Source: Prorocentrum cordatum (taxonomy: Eukaryota). From it: a stretch of 64,000 nucleotides of DNA. The stretch lies in NCBI GenBank assembly GCA_963575745.1, contig CAUYUJ010000336.1, positions 1 to 64,000 of the forward strand, in the 5' to 3' direction. The notes beneath the pieces were generated by a model. It had not been told where the DNA came from and did not search any database. It saw only the letters and a program-made list of their open reading frames with translations. Positions 21,701-30,600 of this stretch are shown here, one piece after another; the stretch's first letter is position 1, and each line of letters opens with the position of its first letter. A program made the position numbers and the translations under genes.

Positions 21701-24700
21701 TGGGAACCGACGAGAGCTTTCCGAGCGGGGTGCTGGCGACTCGTCGACAGGAACGACCGACCCAGTCTCAGGTGGAGGGCCACGAGCAGGACAACTCTGA
21801 GGACGAGGAGGAGGAGGATGAGCAGCAGCAGCAGCAGGACTGCCCGTTGACTCAGGAGCAGATTCGGCAGGTGGAGAAGGCACATATTAATCTTGGTCAT
21901 CCCACCAAGAGAGACCTGCTTCGTATCCTTCGGTGTGCTCACGCTCGGCCAGAGATACTGCGCTACGTTCAGCATCACTTTGTGTGCCAGTCATGCGAGA
22001 GTGCCGGCAAGTCGATTCCTCAGCGAAAGGCAACAGTTGCTCGGACATTCTCATTCAACAAGCTGATTGGAGTAGACCTGTTCTTTGTGACATATCAGCA
22101 CCGGGAGTACACGTTTCTGAATGCCGTATGCCTGGGGACCTCGCTACAGTGGGTAGGGATTGTGGGACCCGGGAGATGTTCGCAGCCAGCAGCAGTGTGG
22201 AAAGCCTTCTCACGGGGGTGGATCCGACATTACGGACCTCCAGAGGTCCTTATATCCGACGGCGGGAAGGAATTCGAGGCTGAGTTTAGCAGACACTTGG
22301 AGCAACAAGGGGTGTTCCAGCACACCACCGACGCAGACAGCCCTTGGCAGAACGGGAAGACAGAGCGGGCGGGTCAATGGTTGAAGGAGCGGCTCCAGCG
22401 GTTCGTGGACGATACCATCCTGGAGGGACCCGACGACCTAGAGCTGGCGGCCTGCGAATTGGCTGCCTGGCGGAATCGTTTCCTGAATCGAGGCGGGTAT
22501 TCACCACTACAGCTAGTATTTGGGCAAACCCCCAGGGTACCACAGGAGTTGCTCAGCGAGGACCCGTTAGACCACATAGGACTTCACGATCTCGAGGAAC
22601 CGAGCGCCGACCTCGACAGTGCGGCGGCAGCTTTCCGACATCAACACGAGATCCGGTCTCGTGCCCGACAGCTTGCGATGGAAGGAGATGCGCGTAGGAA
22701 GTTGCAGCATGCGTTGGGATCAGCGCGGCACAGGGACAGGACCTACCGACCAGGGGATTGGGTATACATCTGGAGGCGAGCGCCCAAGACAGGGCGCAAA
22801 CCATACGGTTTGCAACGGGATCGGTGGGTTGGGCCAGGTGCAGTGATATTTCATCATGGAACAACAGTGTGGGTGTGTGTGCGCAGTCGTTTGTGGAAAT
22901 GCAGTTGTGAACAGATACGACCTGCTACGCAGTCAGAGTCCCTCGGGGCCGAGCTCATCCAGACCACGTGCTATCGGGACGTCTTGGACGAGCAGCTTGC
23001 TAAGGGGATCTCGGGAGGGGCTCTAGACGTTGCTCAAGAGGGACCACCACCACCAGAGGCCACCATGACTCCCATCAGCTCCGAGGGTAACGCGTCTCCT
23101 GTGACCATAGCACCAGCAGGCTCCAACGAGGTTCCAGGCCACCAAGGGGGCTCTCGGGACTCCAACATGGGCTCCAACAACATCGAGGCTCCAGAGGTCC
23201 CTACTCCAGCTCCCGACTCCAGCTCCCACCCCACTCCAGCTCCGACTCCGGCTGTCGCAGGTATTGTGGCTCAAGCAGTTGCTGAGCCTCCTGCACCGCC
23301 ACCGGGACTGCGACCTCCGACCCAGGCTGCCGGCGTGAGACCTAGACCGCGACTCGTCTGGGCTCCCGGTCCAGTGACTCGTCTGATACCTGTGCCAGAA
23401 CACGAGGAGTCAGATCCTGCTCCAGCGGACCCTGCAGGAGCTCTCGGACAGGGCGGTGCTGTCTCAGCCGCAGCCGGACCTCAGAGGGAGCCAGCCGCCG
23501 AGCCAACACCTCCTGTGTCTCAGACTGGCTCGACACCTGCCGGATCGGAGACAGGCTCACAGGCGGTGGCCACAGCTGGCGGCTCGCGGGCTTCGTCGAG
23601 ACGACCTTCTCTGTCCGAGGACGACCTGGAGATCAAGCGAGCCAGGCTGGATCCTGACACACTCCGGTCCGCGACCGGAGGGGCTCCTACCGACGAACAG
23701 CTCAGGGGTTCTGGCCTACCGACACCCATGGAGCTCTTGCCAAGGGCCGAGGGTCGGGTTCGCACCCAAATCCAGGAGTTCGAGAACTGGCGGTCTCAGC
23801 AGAGCAGCGCTGCAGCCTTTTCTCAGGCCGGGCCCCTGGAGACGGGGTCGGAGACCCCGATGGACGAGACCGGCTTCAGCGCTCTCGAGGGCTACTGCCA
23901 GGTGCTGGACTCTTGGTTCGAGGACTCCGGCTGGAGCGGGGACGTCGAGACCTACATGAACGGCCGGAAGGATCTGATCTTCGAGTGCTCAGAGGACAGC
24001 GCCGGGCAGTGGTCTCTGCTCTCCTCACGCGGTGGGGAGGTCAAGCTCAAGGATCTCTCGGCACAGGAGCTCGAGGATTTCCGACGATCGGACGAGGCCG
24101 AGTGGGGCGTACTCAACAAGCCTAACGTGCTGCGGATCCTCAGCAAGGAGGAGTCCACTCATGTGCTTCGCACCCGGCCAGAGCGGGTGCTATCGTCCAG
24201 GATGGTACGACGATGGAAGGCCCAGGAGGGTACGTTTAGTGCCCCAAAGGCCAAGAGCAGATGGTGCGTGCACGGTTTTGCAGATCCTGACACTGAGCAT
24301 CTAGTGACGTATTCTCCGACGCCTCAGTCCGAGGCCATGATGCTTTTCGGGCTGGTACTCTTGGGCCATGGCATGGACCAGAGTATAGTGGACTGCAAGA
24401 ACGCATTCAGTCAGTCGAGGCGACTCCGCAGGGCTGGTGGACCCATCTACGTGGCTCCCTGTGAGGGGCTCACTGGCATTCACGTTCCCGACGGGTGCCT
24501 TATTGAGCTACATGTCGCCGTCTATGGTCTAGACGACGCCCCTTGGGAATGGCACGCCACGATCACCTCCTACCTACGCGACCTTGGCTTCAAGAAGTTG
24601 CTGATGGAGCCATGCTACTGGACTCTCCGGGAGCAGGGCGCCCTGAAGGCTCAGGTCCTGATGGAGGTGGACGACCTTTGGCTGGGTACAGTTGCCTCCC

Positions 24701-25821
24701 ACACGAGGTGGTTGGCCGACTCTCTCAAGGCCAGGTTCACCTTCGGCAAGTGGAGAGGCGACGAGGCCGAGTTTGCAGGACGCCGCATCAGGAAGGAGGC
24801 TCACCGCATTCGCCTGGACCAGGAGAAGTACATATTGGAGGATATTCATCCGATTGTCTTGGAGAAGGGCCGCCGCTCCAAGAGACAAGAGCCTCTGAGC
24901 CGCTCAGAGTTCGAGCAGCTCCGATCCGGCATCTACCGGATCAACTGGGCGGCGAAGGAGACCCGTCCCGAGGTGGCGGGCACGGCTTCCATACTCGCCA
25001 GCAAGCTGGAGCAGGCGGTGGTGGAGGACATCGTTGTTTTCAATCGGGCCGTCCAGATGCTGCGTGACACCGCCTCGCAGTACCTGACCATCTGGCGCCA
25101 CGACCTATCGCAGGTGGTGAGTTTTACTTTGAGCGACGCGGCGGGGATTGGCACGGACTCACCCATACAGTGTGCCTGGGCTGTGGGAGTGGCTGACCCT
25201 CAGCTGGCCGCCGGACTGACCAGCAAGGTGACGATGCTTTCCTGGAGATCCTCCAAGATGCGTCGAGCTGCCAACTCATCCCTGGCCGGTGAGGCCAACT
25301 CTCTCTGCCAGTCTCTTGGAGAAGCCGACTGGATCCAGCTGCTACTTCGTGACGCTTGCTTTGGGGACGTTCCTACTGCCGACTGGCGACAGCACGCAGG
25401 CCCCTACGTGTCGGTGTTACGTGACAACTGCGAGTTGCACCGACCCTTGCCTGGAGTTCATGCCACGGACGCCAAGTCCATCTTCGACTGTCTCTCCAAG
25501 AACTGTGCTGGCCGGAAGGAGGACCGCAGGACTTCCGTGGACCTCGCAATTGCTCGTGACTCTTTCTCCCAGCGGGGCTCGTGCGTGAAGTGGTTTCCTC
25601 ACCTGCTCAATCCCACTGATGTGATGACCAAGGCTGATGTGTCCAAGGGGTCCGATGCCATGGGTCACATGATTCGCCGTGGGACTTTGACGTTGAGTGA
25701 TGCTGAGTCGGAGAGGGCTCACCTCTTGGCCGGTGGTGAGAAGGGCCGGCGCAGTCGAGAGGCCAGCCGCCGCTATCTACAGGATCGCGAGCGCCGCCTC
25801 GAGGAGTCAGGCCGACAGTAA
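18796..25821 (+). CDS. pol: Pol polyprotein: aspartic protease, C5-MTase-like domain, integrase, RT, RNase H; probably expressed by UGA readthrough from gag
   Basis: Open in the gag frame from 18796 to TAA 25821. Protease IVDSGAS (18973). MTase-like EVFSPPR/LSPPC/LEQP. Integrase HINLGH..CQSC, GVDLF, ISDGGKEF, QNGKTER. RT KSRWCVHGF, DCKNAF, VYGLDDAP, EVDD. RNase H SDAA..E..TDAKS..NPTDVMTK. Confidence 0.95.
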   Translation, partial: GAEIEAFTFTAIGAGDDQDFNIDGITVLGREVLATLREIVSSETTELSLLILEGGLIIVDSGASQAIIGRRALKELEGDLQQRGLRINWIEKSVQTPRGIGGSATLVGVAVVPISIGGKSGTIEFVVTKEDLPPLLPGGFLEQFGAVLDYEKELLILKKLDCETELHRIGKNHRGIYINDWRGTESSFSPSSRALPAGLSSDAFRAPTEKEDVLSWKDPSRPQKERNDPTGAPAPQRDPGSLHTDYSSSKPVMPSSNHDSRHISNPVADLAQTSSQAQPPSSPRDPPQVDAGPPRLGHLREGQDPVDQAAACRTDVDTDPHGQVLCSEQARETLPGKGAPSEDGGGPQAGERPLRVPGSDDGSLGGRVGALDALCAPPQVVRDLPQPVRELGAVQQVQGEDVLSRDRVPRGRPPTDDGTGDEEAQAAAPARRQAPELGRLGDAGGRSSGSESTRGVGAERREHLVELQPGAPATVGIRDGARPVGSSGRGDGGIHGADDSSDTRAVRDALAHGGHDAADGVRVSSSRRKCGLQLADTANRSATDDHRGIAKPRVHHGGGGPGGHRHEGQLRESGVLRLLGDKSRQECWLRIPTSRSLHREASAVLEQARANGRCYRIDQEALEKSEGPLSSPSSRLNLPSVPAWQCESDDGRYRLWVSTYTSTYQGRPNSTEGGSAGAGFYYVVPLQSYLSITTLRGSELHHDSDDTLANLTGLDNYTHQFKVDQRSKRRLRQSLRGLGRVSGSDSWGFEFVEVFSPPRTAKVSSQLGSRGSPTGGSLDLTTGWDFRRTDHRELGKRLIKKWRPWLAFLSPPCTEFAAINAVNDERRDPIEMARARGEALDLWAYAMEIIELQISGGRKFALEQPTTATSWALPSTQRLLELPGASRITFDMCRFGLSVRPGTISKKPTTVVSNDCEVYRALLGKRCAGDHRHLVLEGGGLPRRAACYPTKFCKTIAHAVHRSAELQQLGTDESFPSGVLATRRQERPTQSQVEGHEQDNSEDEEEEDEQQQQQDCPLTQEQIRQVEKAHINLGHPTKRDLLRILRCAHARPEILRYVQHHFVCQSCESAGKSIPQRKATVARTFSFNKLIGVDLFFVTYQHREYTFLNAVCLGTSLQWVGIVGPGRCSQPAAVWKAFSRGWIRHYGPPEVLISDGGKEFEAEFSRHLEQQGVFQHTTDADSPWQNGKTERAGQWLKERLQRFVDDTILEGPDDLELAACELAAWRNRFLNRGGYSPLQLVFGQTPRVPQELLSEDPLDHIGLHDLEEPSADLDSAAAAFRHQHEIRSRARQLAMEGDARRKLQHALGSARHRDRTYRPGDWVYIWRRAPKTGRKPYGLQRDRWVGPGAVIFHHGTTVWVCVRSRLWKCSCEQIRPATQSESLGAELIQTTCYRDVLDEQLAKGISGGALDVAQEGPPPPEATMTPISSEGNASPVTIAPAGSNEVPGHQGGSRDSNMGSNNIEAPEVPTPAPDSSSHPTPAPTPAVAGIVAQAVAEPPAPPPGLRPPTQAAGVRPRPRLVWAPGPVTRLIPVPEHEESDPAPADPAGALGQGGAVSAAAGPQREPAAEPTPPVSQTGSTPAGSETGSQAVATAGGSRASSRRPSLSEDDLEIKRARLDPDTLRSATGGAPTDEQLRGSGLPTPMELLPRAEGRVRTQIQEFENWRSQQSSAAAFSQAGPLETGSETPMDETGFSALEGYCQVLDSWFEDSGWSGDVETYMNGRKDLIFECSEDSAGQWSLLSSRGGEVKLKDLSAQELEDFRRSDEAEWGVLNKPNVLRILSKEESTHVLRTRPERVLSSRMVRRWKAQEGTFSAPKAKSRWCVHGFADPDTEHLVTYSPTPQSEAMMLFGLVLLGHGMDQSIVDCKNAFSQSRRLRRAGGPIYVAPCEGLTGIHVPDGCLIELHVAVYGLDDAPWEWHATITSYLRDLGFKKLLMEPCYWTLREQGALKAQVLMEVDDLWLGTVASHTRWLADSLKARFTFGKWRGDEAEFAGRRIRKEAHRIRLDQEKYILEDIHPIVLEKGRRSKRQEPLSRSEFEQLRSGIYRINWAAKETRPEVAGTASILASKLEQAVVEDIVVFNRAVQMLRDTASQYLTIWRHDLSQVVSFTLSDAAGIGTDSPIQCAWAVGVADPQLAAGLTSKVTMLSWRSSKMRRAANSSLAGEANSLCQSLGEADWIQLLLRDACFGDVPTADWRQHAGPYVSVLRDNCELHRPLPGVHATDAKSIFDCLSKNCAGRKEDRRTSVDLAIARDSFSQRGSCVKWFPHLLNPTDVMTKADVSKGSDAMGHMIRRGTLTLSDAESERAHLLAGGEKGRRSREASRRYLQDRERRLEESGRQ
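19664..20506 (+). CDS. Overprinted +1-frame ORF inside pol, 280 aa, with a putative zinc-binding motif
   Basis: Protein-like composition with C-x-H...NQYGNWEQCNKC, while the overlapping pol frame is G/R/D/A-rich and disordered. The frame is open from about 19598. Confidence 0.65.
   Translation: MRDRPDLDISERVKIQWIRLLHAGLMWTQTLMDKFFALNRRGRLFPGKELRRRMVEDPRLVNDLYEYRVPMTAPLADGSVPWTLCVHRPRWFVTSHNQYGNWEQCNKCKVRTSYREIGYRGGGHRQMTAPEMRKLKQQLPRDVRPLSSAGSAMREGAAPAPSRRVASAPNDENTWSSFNQEPPPPWASEMVRGLSAAVAEAMAASTGPMTAAIREQSVTLSHMVATMQQMASESPAAGGSADSSSPTPPTGPPPTTTGALPNLGFTMVEEVPADTDMRGN
21040..21680 (+). other. Cytosine-C5 DNA methyltransferase-like domain within pol
   Basis: FVEVFSPPR (divergent motif I), DLTTGWD, SPPC (motif IV, 21223-21234), FALEQP (motif VI-like, 21382), DMCRFG, KKPT, AACYP. 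Confidence 0.8.
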
Positions 25822-25832
25822 GTGGGGGGAGC
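25820..25832 (+). promoter_or_regulatory. Polypurine tract
   Basis: AAGTGGGGGGAGC immediately precedes the 3' LTR and overlaps the pol stop codon. Confidence 0.9.
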
Positions 25833-26018
25833 TGTGGAATCATATGGCTCCCTCTCGTCCTGACTATCCGTGCTTTTCTGTGTTTGTGTCTGTTGTATGC
25901 TTGCTTGTGCACAGCGCCGTGACTGACGCTTTGGCTCAAGCCATTCTGTGTGCGTTGAGTGCGAAGGCATCCCTTTCAGTACATCTTGCGATGGCCGCCT
26001 GAACCCGTCGTGCCCACA
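25833..26018 (+). repeat. 3' LTR (186 bp)
   Basis: Direct repeat of 17055-17240, followed by TSD ATGTC. Confidence 0.98.
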
Positions 26019-26235
26019 ATGTCTCTCCCGCTCCTTTCGTGGGGCCGGCTGGGACACAGGAGGGACCTCAGCGAATCCAGTGTGGGGCTTACTTCTGGGC
26101 GCTCTGAAGATGGTGTAGCGCTAAAACAACCACATGCATAGACCAGAATGGTTGACAAAAACATGTTGGTGAGTTTTTTTTCAGAACCAGAAAAGATGGC
26201 GTTCGCAGTTTTTTGGTTTTGAGACATGACAATTG

Positions 26236-26395
26236 TAGCCCCTTCCGATTTTCAAAATAGAGCGTGTTAGCCCATTCTGATTTTCAAAAAAAGAGCGCGT
26301 TTGCCCATTCTGATTTTCAAAAAAGAGCGCGTTAGCCCAGTCCGATTTTCAAAGAAGAGCGCGTTAGGTCCTTTCGATTTGCAAAAAAAGTGGTT
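26236..26395. repeat. About 32-bp tandem repeat, 5 copies, inside an AT-rich island (about 26100-26720)
   Basis: Consensus TAGCCCATTCYGATTTTCAAAAAAGAGCGCGT. Confidence 0.85.
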
Positions 26396-27679
26396 TTACG
26401 ATTTCAGGTTGTCAAAAAAGAGCGGTTGAACGATTTCTTCTGTTCAGAAAGTATGTTTTTGTTTTCCGAAGCGTGTGTTCCAGGATCTTTCGGATTTCGC
26501 AAAAGTGTGATACAGAGCTTTTTGAGTTTCAAAAGTGAGTCGTTCTGGAAAAAAATCATTACGGTTCAGACTTTCTCGGCCTTCAAAAGGGAGTTGCATA
26601 GACAAAATTGCGTTACGCATGTCTGTTTGTGGAGCTTTCGATTGTCAAACCATTGTGGTGTTAGGCCCTAGGGGTTGCAGGTTTGCAGGTTTGCAGGGTT
26701 CGAAAAGGAGCTTTGTATGTTTGTAGGGCTGTAGGGGAGTCCCATCTCCTCCCCCCCTCCTTCTCGTACTCCCTCCTCCCTCCTCCCTCCTCCCTCCTCC
26801 CTCCTCCCTCCTCCCTCCTCCTCCTGCTTCTCCTCCTCCTCCTCCTCCTCCTCCTCCACCTCCCCGTCCTCCCCCTCCCCATCCTCCACAATCCCACAAT
26901 TATTCAATATGAATACTACTCTCGCTACTCTCCTCTCTCCCTCAAAACGGAATGACAGGCGCACTCCATGCATTGTCCTTCTTCCTCGCCCTTTCTTCTC
27001 TTCTGTCCTTCTCTCCTGCGCACTCGCGCGAGTAAGAAATGCTCGCTAGTTTGCGTCGAAGGCGTCAGCAAGTCTGTGGGTTTTTTACATGCGGCGACCT
27101 TGTAGCTAAGGTCTGCCCCGCAACGGGCTCTGGAAGGAGCCAGCAAAAAGCTTGCAAAACATCGATGGACCGTGGCCGAAATGACGACTGGCCAACGAAA
27201 AAAAACTGAGGTCTTCACGATGACCACGAGGACAGGGGAGAGCAGGGGAGAGGGGAAGAGGGAGGAGGACAAACTAGGCGCGCGCATCTGATCTGACGTT
27301 GTGATGTCCTACCCCCCCAGCAGCTCAGGAGCTCAGGAGCTCCCATCCTTACCATTGCGTAGATGTCCTCTTTAGGCCGCCTAGGCTCTTGGGCTCTTAG
27401 GTTCTTGGGGTTCTTAGGGCTCTTAGGTTCTTAGGTTCTTGGGTTCTTGGGGTTCTTAGGGTGACGCAACGCTGTGCCGTCAAGCGCTGCGGCTAAACGC
27501 ATGGCGCCGCACGTCGCACTGCAATGCAGCATGGCATTGCATTGCATTGCATTGCAGGCAGTGGCATGGCATTGGAAATGTGGCCAGCGCCGCAGTAGGA
27601 ACGCGATGCGGAACCCGATGGCCCGAGAGGCCCGAGAGGCCAGGCCAAGTTCCGTTGCTGTTCGAGGCTCGAGCACGCA

Positions 27680-30600
27680 ATGGATCGAGGGCTCAGCCGC
27701 CTCGTCATCTCGCTCTCCCCTCGCTGCACGTGGTGCCGAGATGGATTGTACATTGCGCGGCCTGCGTTGACGGCGTGGTTGGCTGATCTCGGGCTCAGGA
27801 AGCCGAGTCGGTTTCTGAACGATTGTTTCGCAGATTCGAGAGTTGCAGATTTGCAGTGCCCGTCGGACCCGAGCTTATACGGCGTGGAAGCCGCTGGCGT
27901 TCTGGCTGAATTCTGCGGGTATGCCGTGGGTGCTGCAGATTGGCAATTGGTGAAGCAAGAGACCGAGAGGGCCTTCCATGCGCAGCAGCTGCAGCAACAG
28001 CAGCAGCAAGTGGTCGCCGCGGGCGCCCCCGCCGCCCTTGCTGCCCCCGCCCCCGGGGCCCCCGACCAGGTCGTGGCGGCCGCGGCTGCCGCTCCAGCTC
28101 CAGCAGCGCCAGCCGCTCCAGCGGCGGGGCAGATTGTTGTCTTTGACAGGGATGCGTTGGAGGCGATGTCCCACGATGAGTTGGTGGAAGTCGCGGCCTC
28201 GCAATCCAGAACGATTCAGAGTCTGCAAAACAAGGTGGCAAGCGTGAGGGGTTTGAAAGATAACTGGAGAAAACGAAGCAACAGACATAAGGGACAGGTT
28301 GCAAAGGCGAAAAGAAAGCTGGAGCGTGAACAACCGAAAGTCAAGGAATTAGAGTTTACAGTGTTTAGAGGCGCTGCGAAACGTTATTTGACGTTGGAGG
28401 GCGGCATGTCCCTCGCACTCCGGAGAACCCTATGCGGCGTTGGCGCCAACCGCCTGGGCCTTGTACTTATGGAAGATTTGGGGCGGAGGGCGATAACGAG
28501 CGCTGAGATTCGAGTGCGGGCAAGTTTGGTTGCTTACGCGCAGAATTTCAACAGGCATCGAGCTTGTCGCCTTGCGGTTGAAGACGATTTCATCCCAGAT
28601 CCGATTGTAGATGTGCCTGCCAATATTGATGCCCGCCTTGGTGCCATGCCGTGTTGGCGTTTCAGCGCGTATACTATCCGCGGGGACGCCGCGAACTCGC
28701 AGGTGTGGCAGAGGCGGAAATTAAGGCCCCAGGGAGTTCAAAACCCCAAGGAACAGGAGGAGAGGAGGAGGAAGAGAAGGAGGACGAAACAGAGGACGAG
28801 AGGACGAGGAGGAGGAGGAGGAGGAGGAGGAGGAGAAGGAGGAGGAGGAGAAGGAGTCAAGGAGGAGGAGGAGGAGGAGGAGGAGGGAGGGGGGTCATTC
28901 CCTTCTTTTCCCGATGCCACAGAAACTGTCGTTTTCCGCATCACCAGCGTGGCGGCCAATGCGTAGCGATAAATGAAACACCGCGCGAGGACCTCGCGTC
29001 GGTCCTCTGGGGACGACCGTGCGGCCCTACGGGCCCTTCGGCCACGATGAGGAGGAGATGAGACAAGATAAGATACCCGCGGGGGCCCTGGGTTTCTTTT
29101 GAAACGAGGGGGTCGCGAGAATTCCTCCTGGGCCCTTGGGCCCCATGAAACCCTAAAACCTTGGCGCCTTGGCGGCGCCACTGGGCTCCTCGGCGGGGCG
29201 CTGAGAGAAGATGAGATGGGTGGGAGGGGGTGAACAAAAGGAACAAAAGGGGAGCTCCTCCCCATCGCCCCCCTCCCCTCCTTATCCCACCTTCTCTCCC
29301 GCCTCCTTCTCCTTCGGATTCGGATGCTGGCGCGGGGGGCCAGAACTCGGGGCCTCGTCGCCTTGCCGCCACCGCTGGGCGCAGCTCATGAACTTGCACG
29401 CCGTTTTCGGCGGAGTCACCTCCTTCCCTCCTCCCCCCCCCCTCCTTGTCCGAACCCTCCCGCACAGATGCCAAGAGTACCATTCCTATTTTGGTTGCGA
29501 GGACATTTGCCCGTGGGTGAACAGCATTATCAAGGACAGTCTTGGGCTCCTCGCAAAATCAAATCGTCTGCCTTCTCCTCTTGACACCTCCTTCTCCATC
29601 CTTCCCCCTCCTCCTCCTCCTCCTCCTCCTCCTCCTCCTTCCTGTCCTCCCTCCCTCCCTCCTCAACGCAGGCAGGCACGGCTGCTCGCCCGCTCCCTCG
29701 CGCGGCCATCACCTCGCTCCCTCATTTCTCACCTTCTCACCGTCTCGCCCGGGGAGGGAGCGCGAGGAGGGCGAGGCGGTGGGGGAGGGGGGGAGGGAGG
29801 GCGGACTGGGGAGGGGCGGCGAGGCGACGAGGAGGCGGAGGAGGTGGAGGAGTCCAGGAGGAACGGGAAAGCCTCAATGGAAGAGGAGGAGTACTTCTCC
29901 TCCACCTCCTTCTTCTCCTCCTCCTCCTCCTCCTCCCCTGCAGCCGCCCGCCCCCCTCCCCCCGCCGCTCCACCAGGAAACCGTGCGCAAGAACCCTGCT
30001 ATACGCATGCCGCTCCTCGACGCGAGGGTGGGGAACGTCGAGGCCTTGAACTTCGGCGGGCACGCGGGGGCTGTGAAATGGAGTGGGGTGGCAGATAACT
30101 TCCGTTTCTCATTTGACTGCGCTGTTTACTCGGCTGGCCAAGTCGACCGCGTGTTGTCCGACGTGCACAGGTTTGTAGCGCCGTCCCCCATCCAGGACGT
30201 TGCTCCGATTCCTGGCGATCGCGGGGCTGCGTGAAATCAGGGGCGGGTGGGCGCGGCTCGGAAAACAAGCTGGAAGTGTTGGCGCGAATCCTTGAGGCCC
30301 TTGAGGGGCCGATCGCCCCTCGCCACGCTGGGCGCAGCTAGGGGAACTTGGGGGCGACGTTGACGCTTCGCGTCAGCTTTGGTGCGGATTTGGGATTTGT
30401 CGCGAAATCTGGCGCCCTGGGGGCAAGCGCCCATCATCCCACCGTCGCCTCGTCGTCGCGCTGGACGTGGATCTGAAAACTGGCGGCCCAGTACCATGGA
30501 ATCCTGGCAGCGTTTGGGGCAGGTGAGATATTTGATGGTCGCCACTGCCCCGCTGCATCTCTGGAATGGGCAAAGTTGTGCAGCTTGAAACTACTGAGGG

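Larger units (their letters stand above)
17055..26018 (+). mobile_element. Full-length LTR retrotransposon, Ty1/Copia domain order, carrying a C5-methyltransferase-like domain
   Basis: TG...CA LTRs of 186 bp, 5-bp TSD ATGTC (17050-17054 and 26019-26023), PBS, PPT, gag with a CCHC knuckle, and an uninterrupted pol in the order PR-(MTase)-INT-RT-RNaseH. Confidence 0.97.

Noticed and set aside
27380..27462. Telomere-like TTAGGG repeats
   Set aside because: Irregular 8-9 bp TCTTRGGG units rather than (TTTAGGG)n, and similar short repeats occur in the introns.
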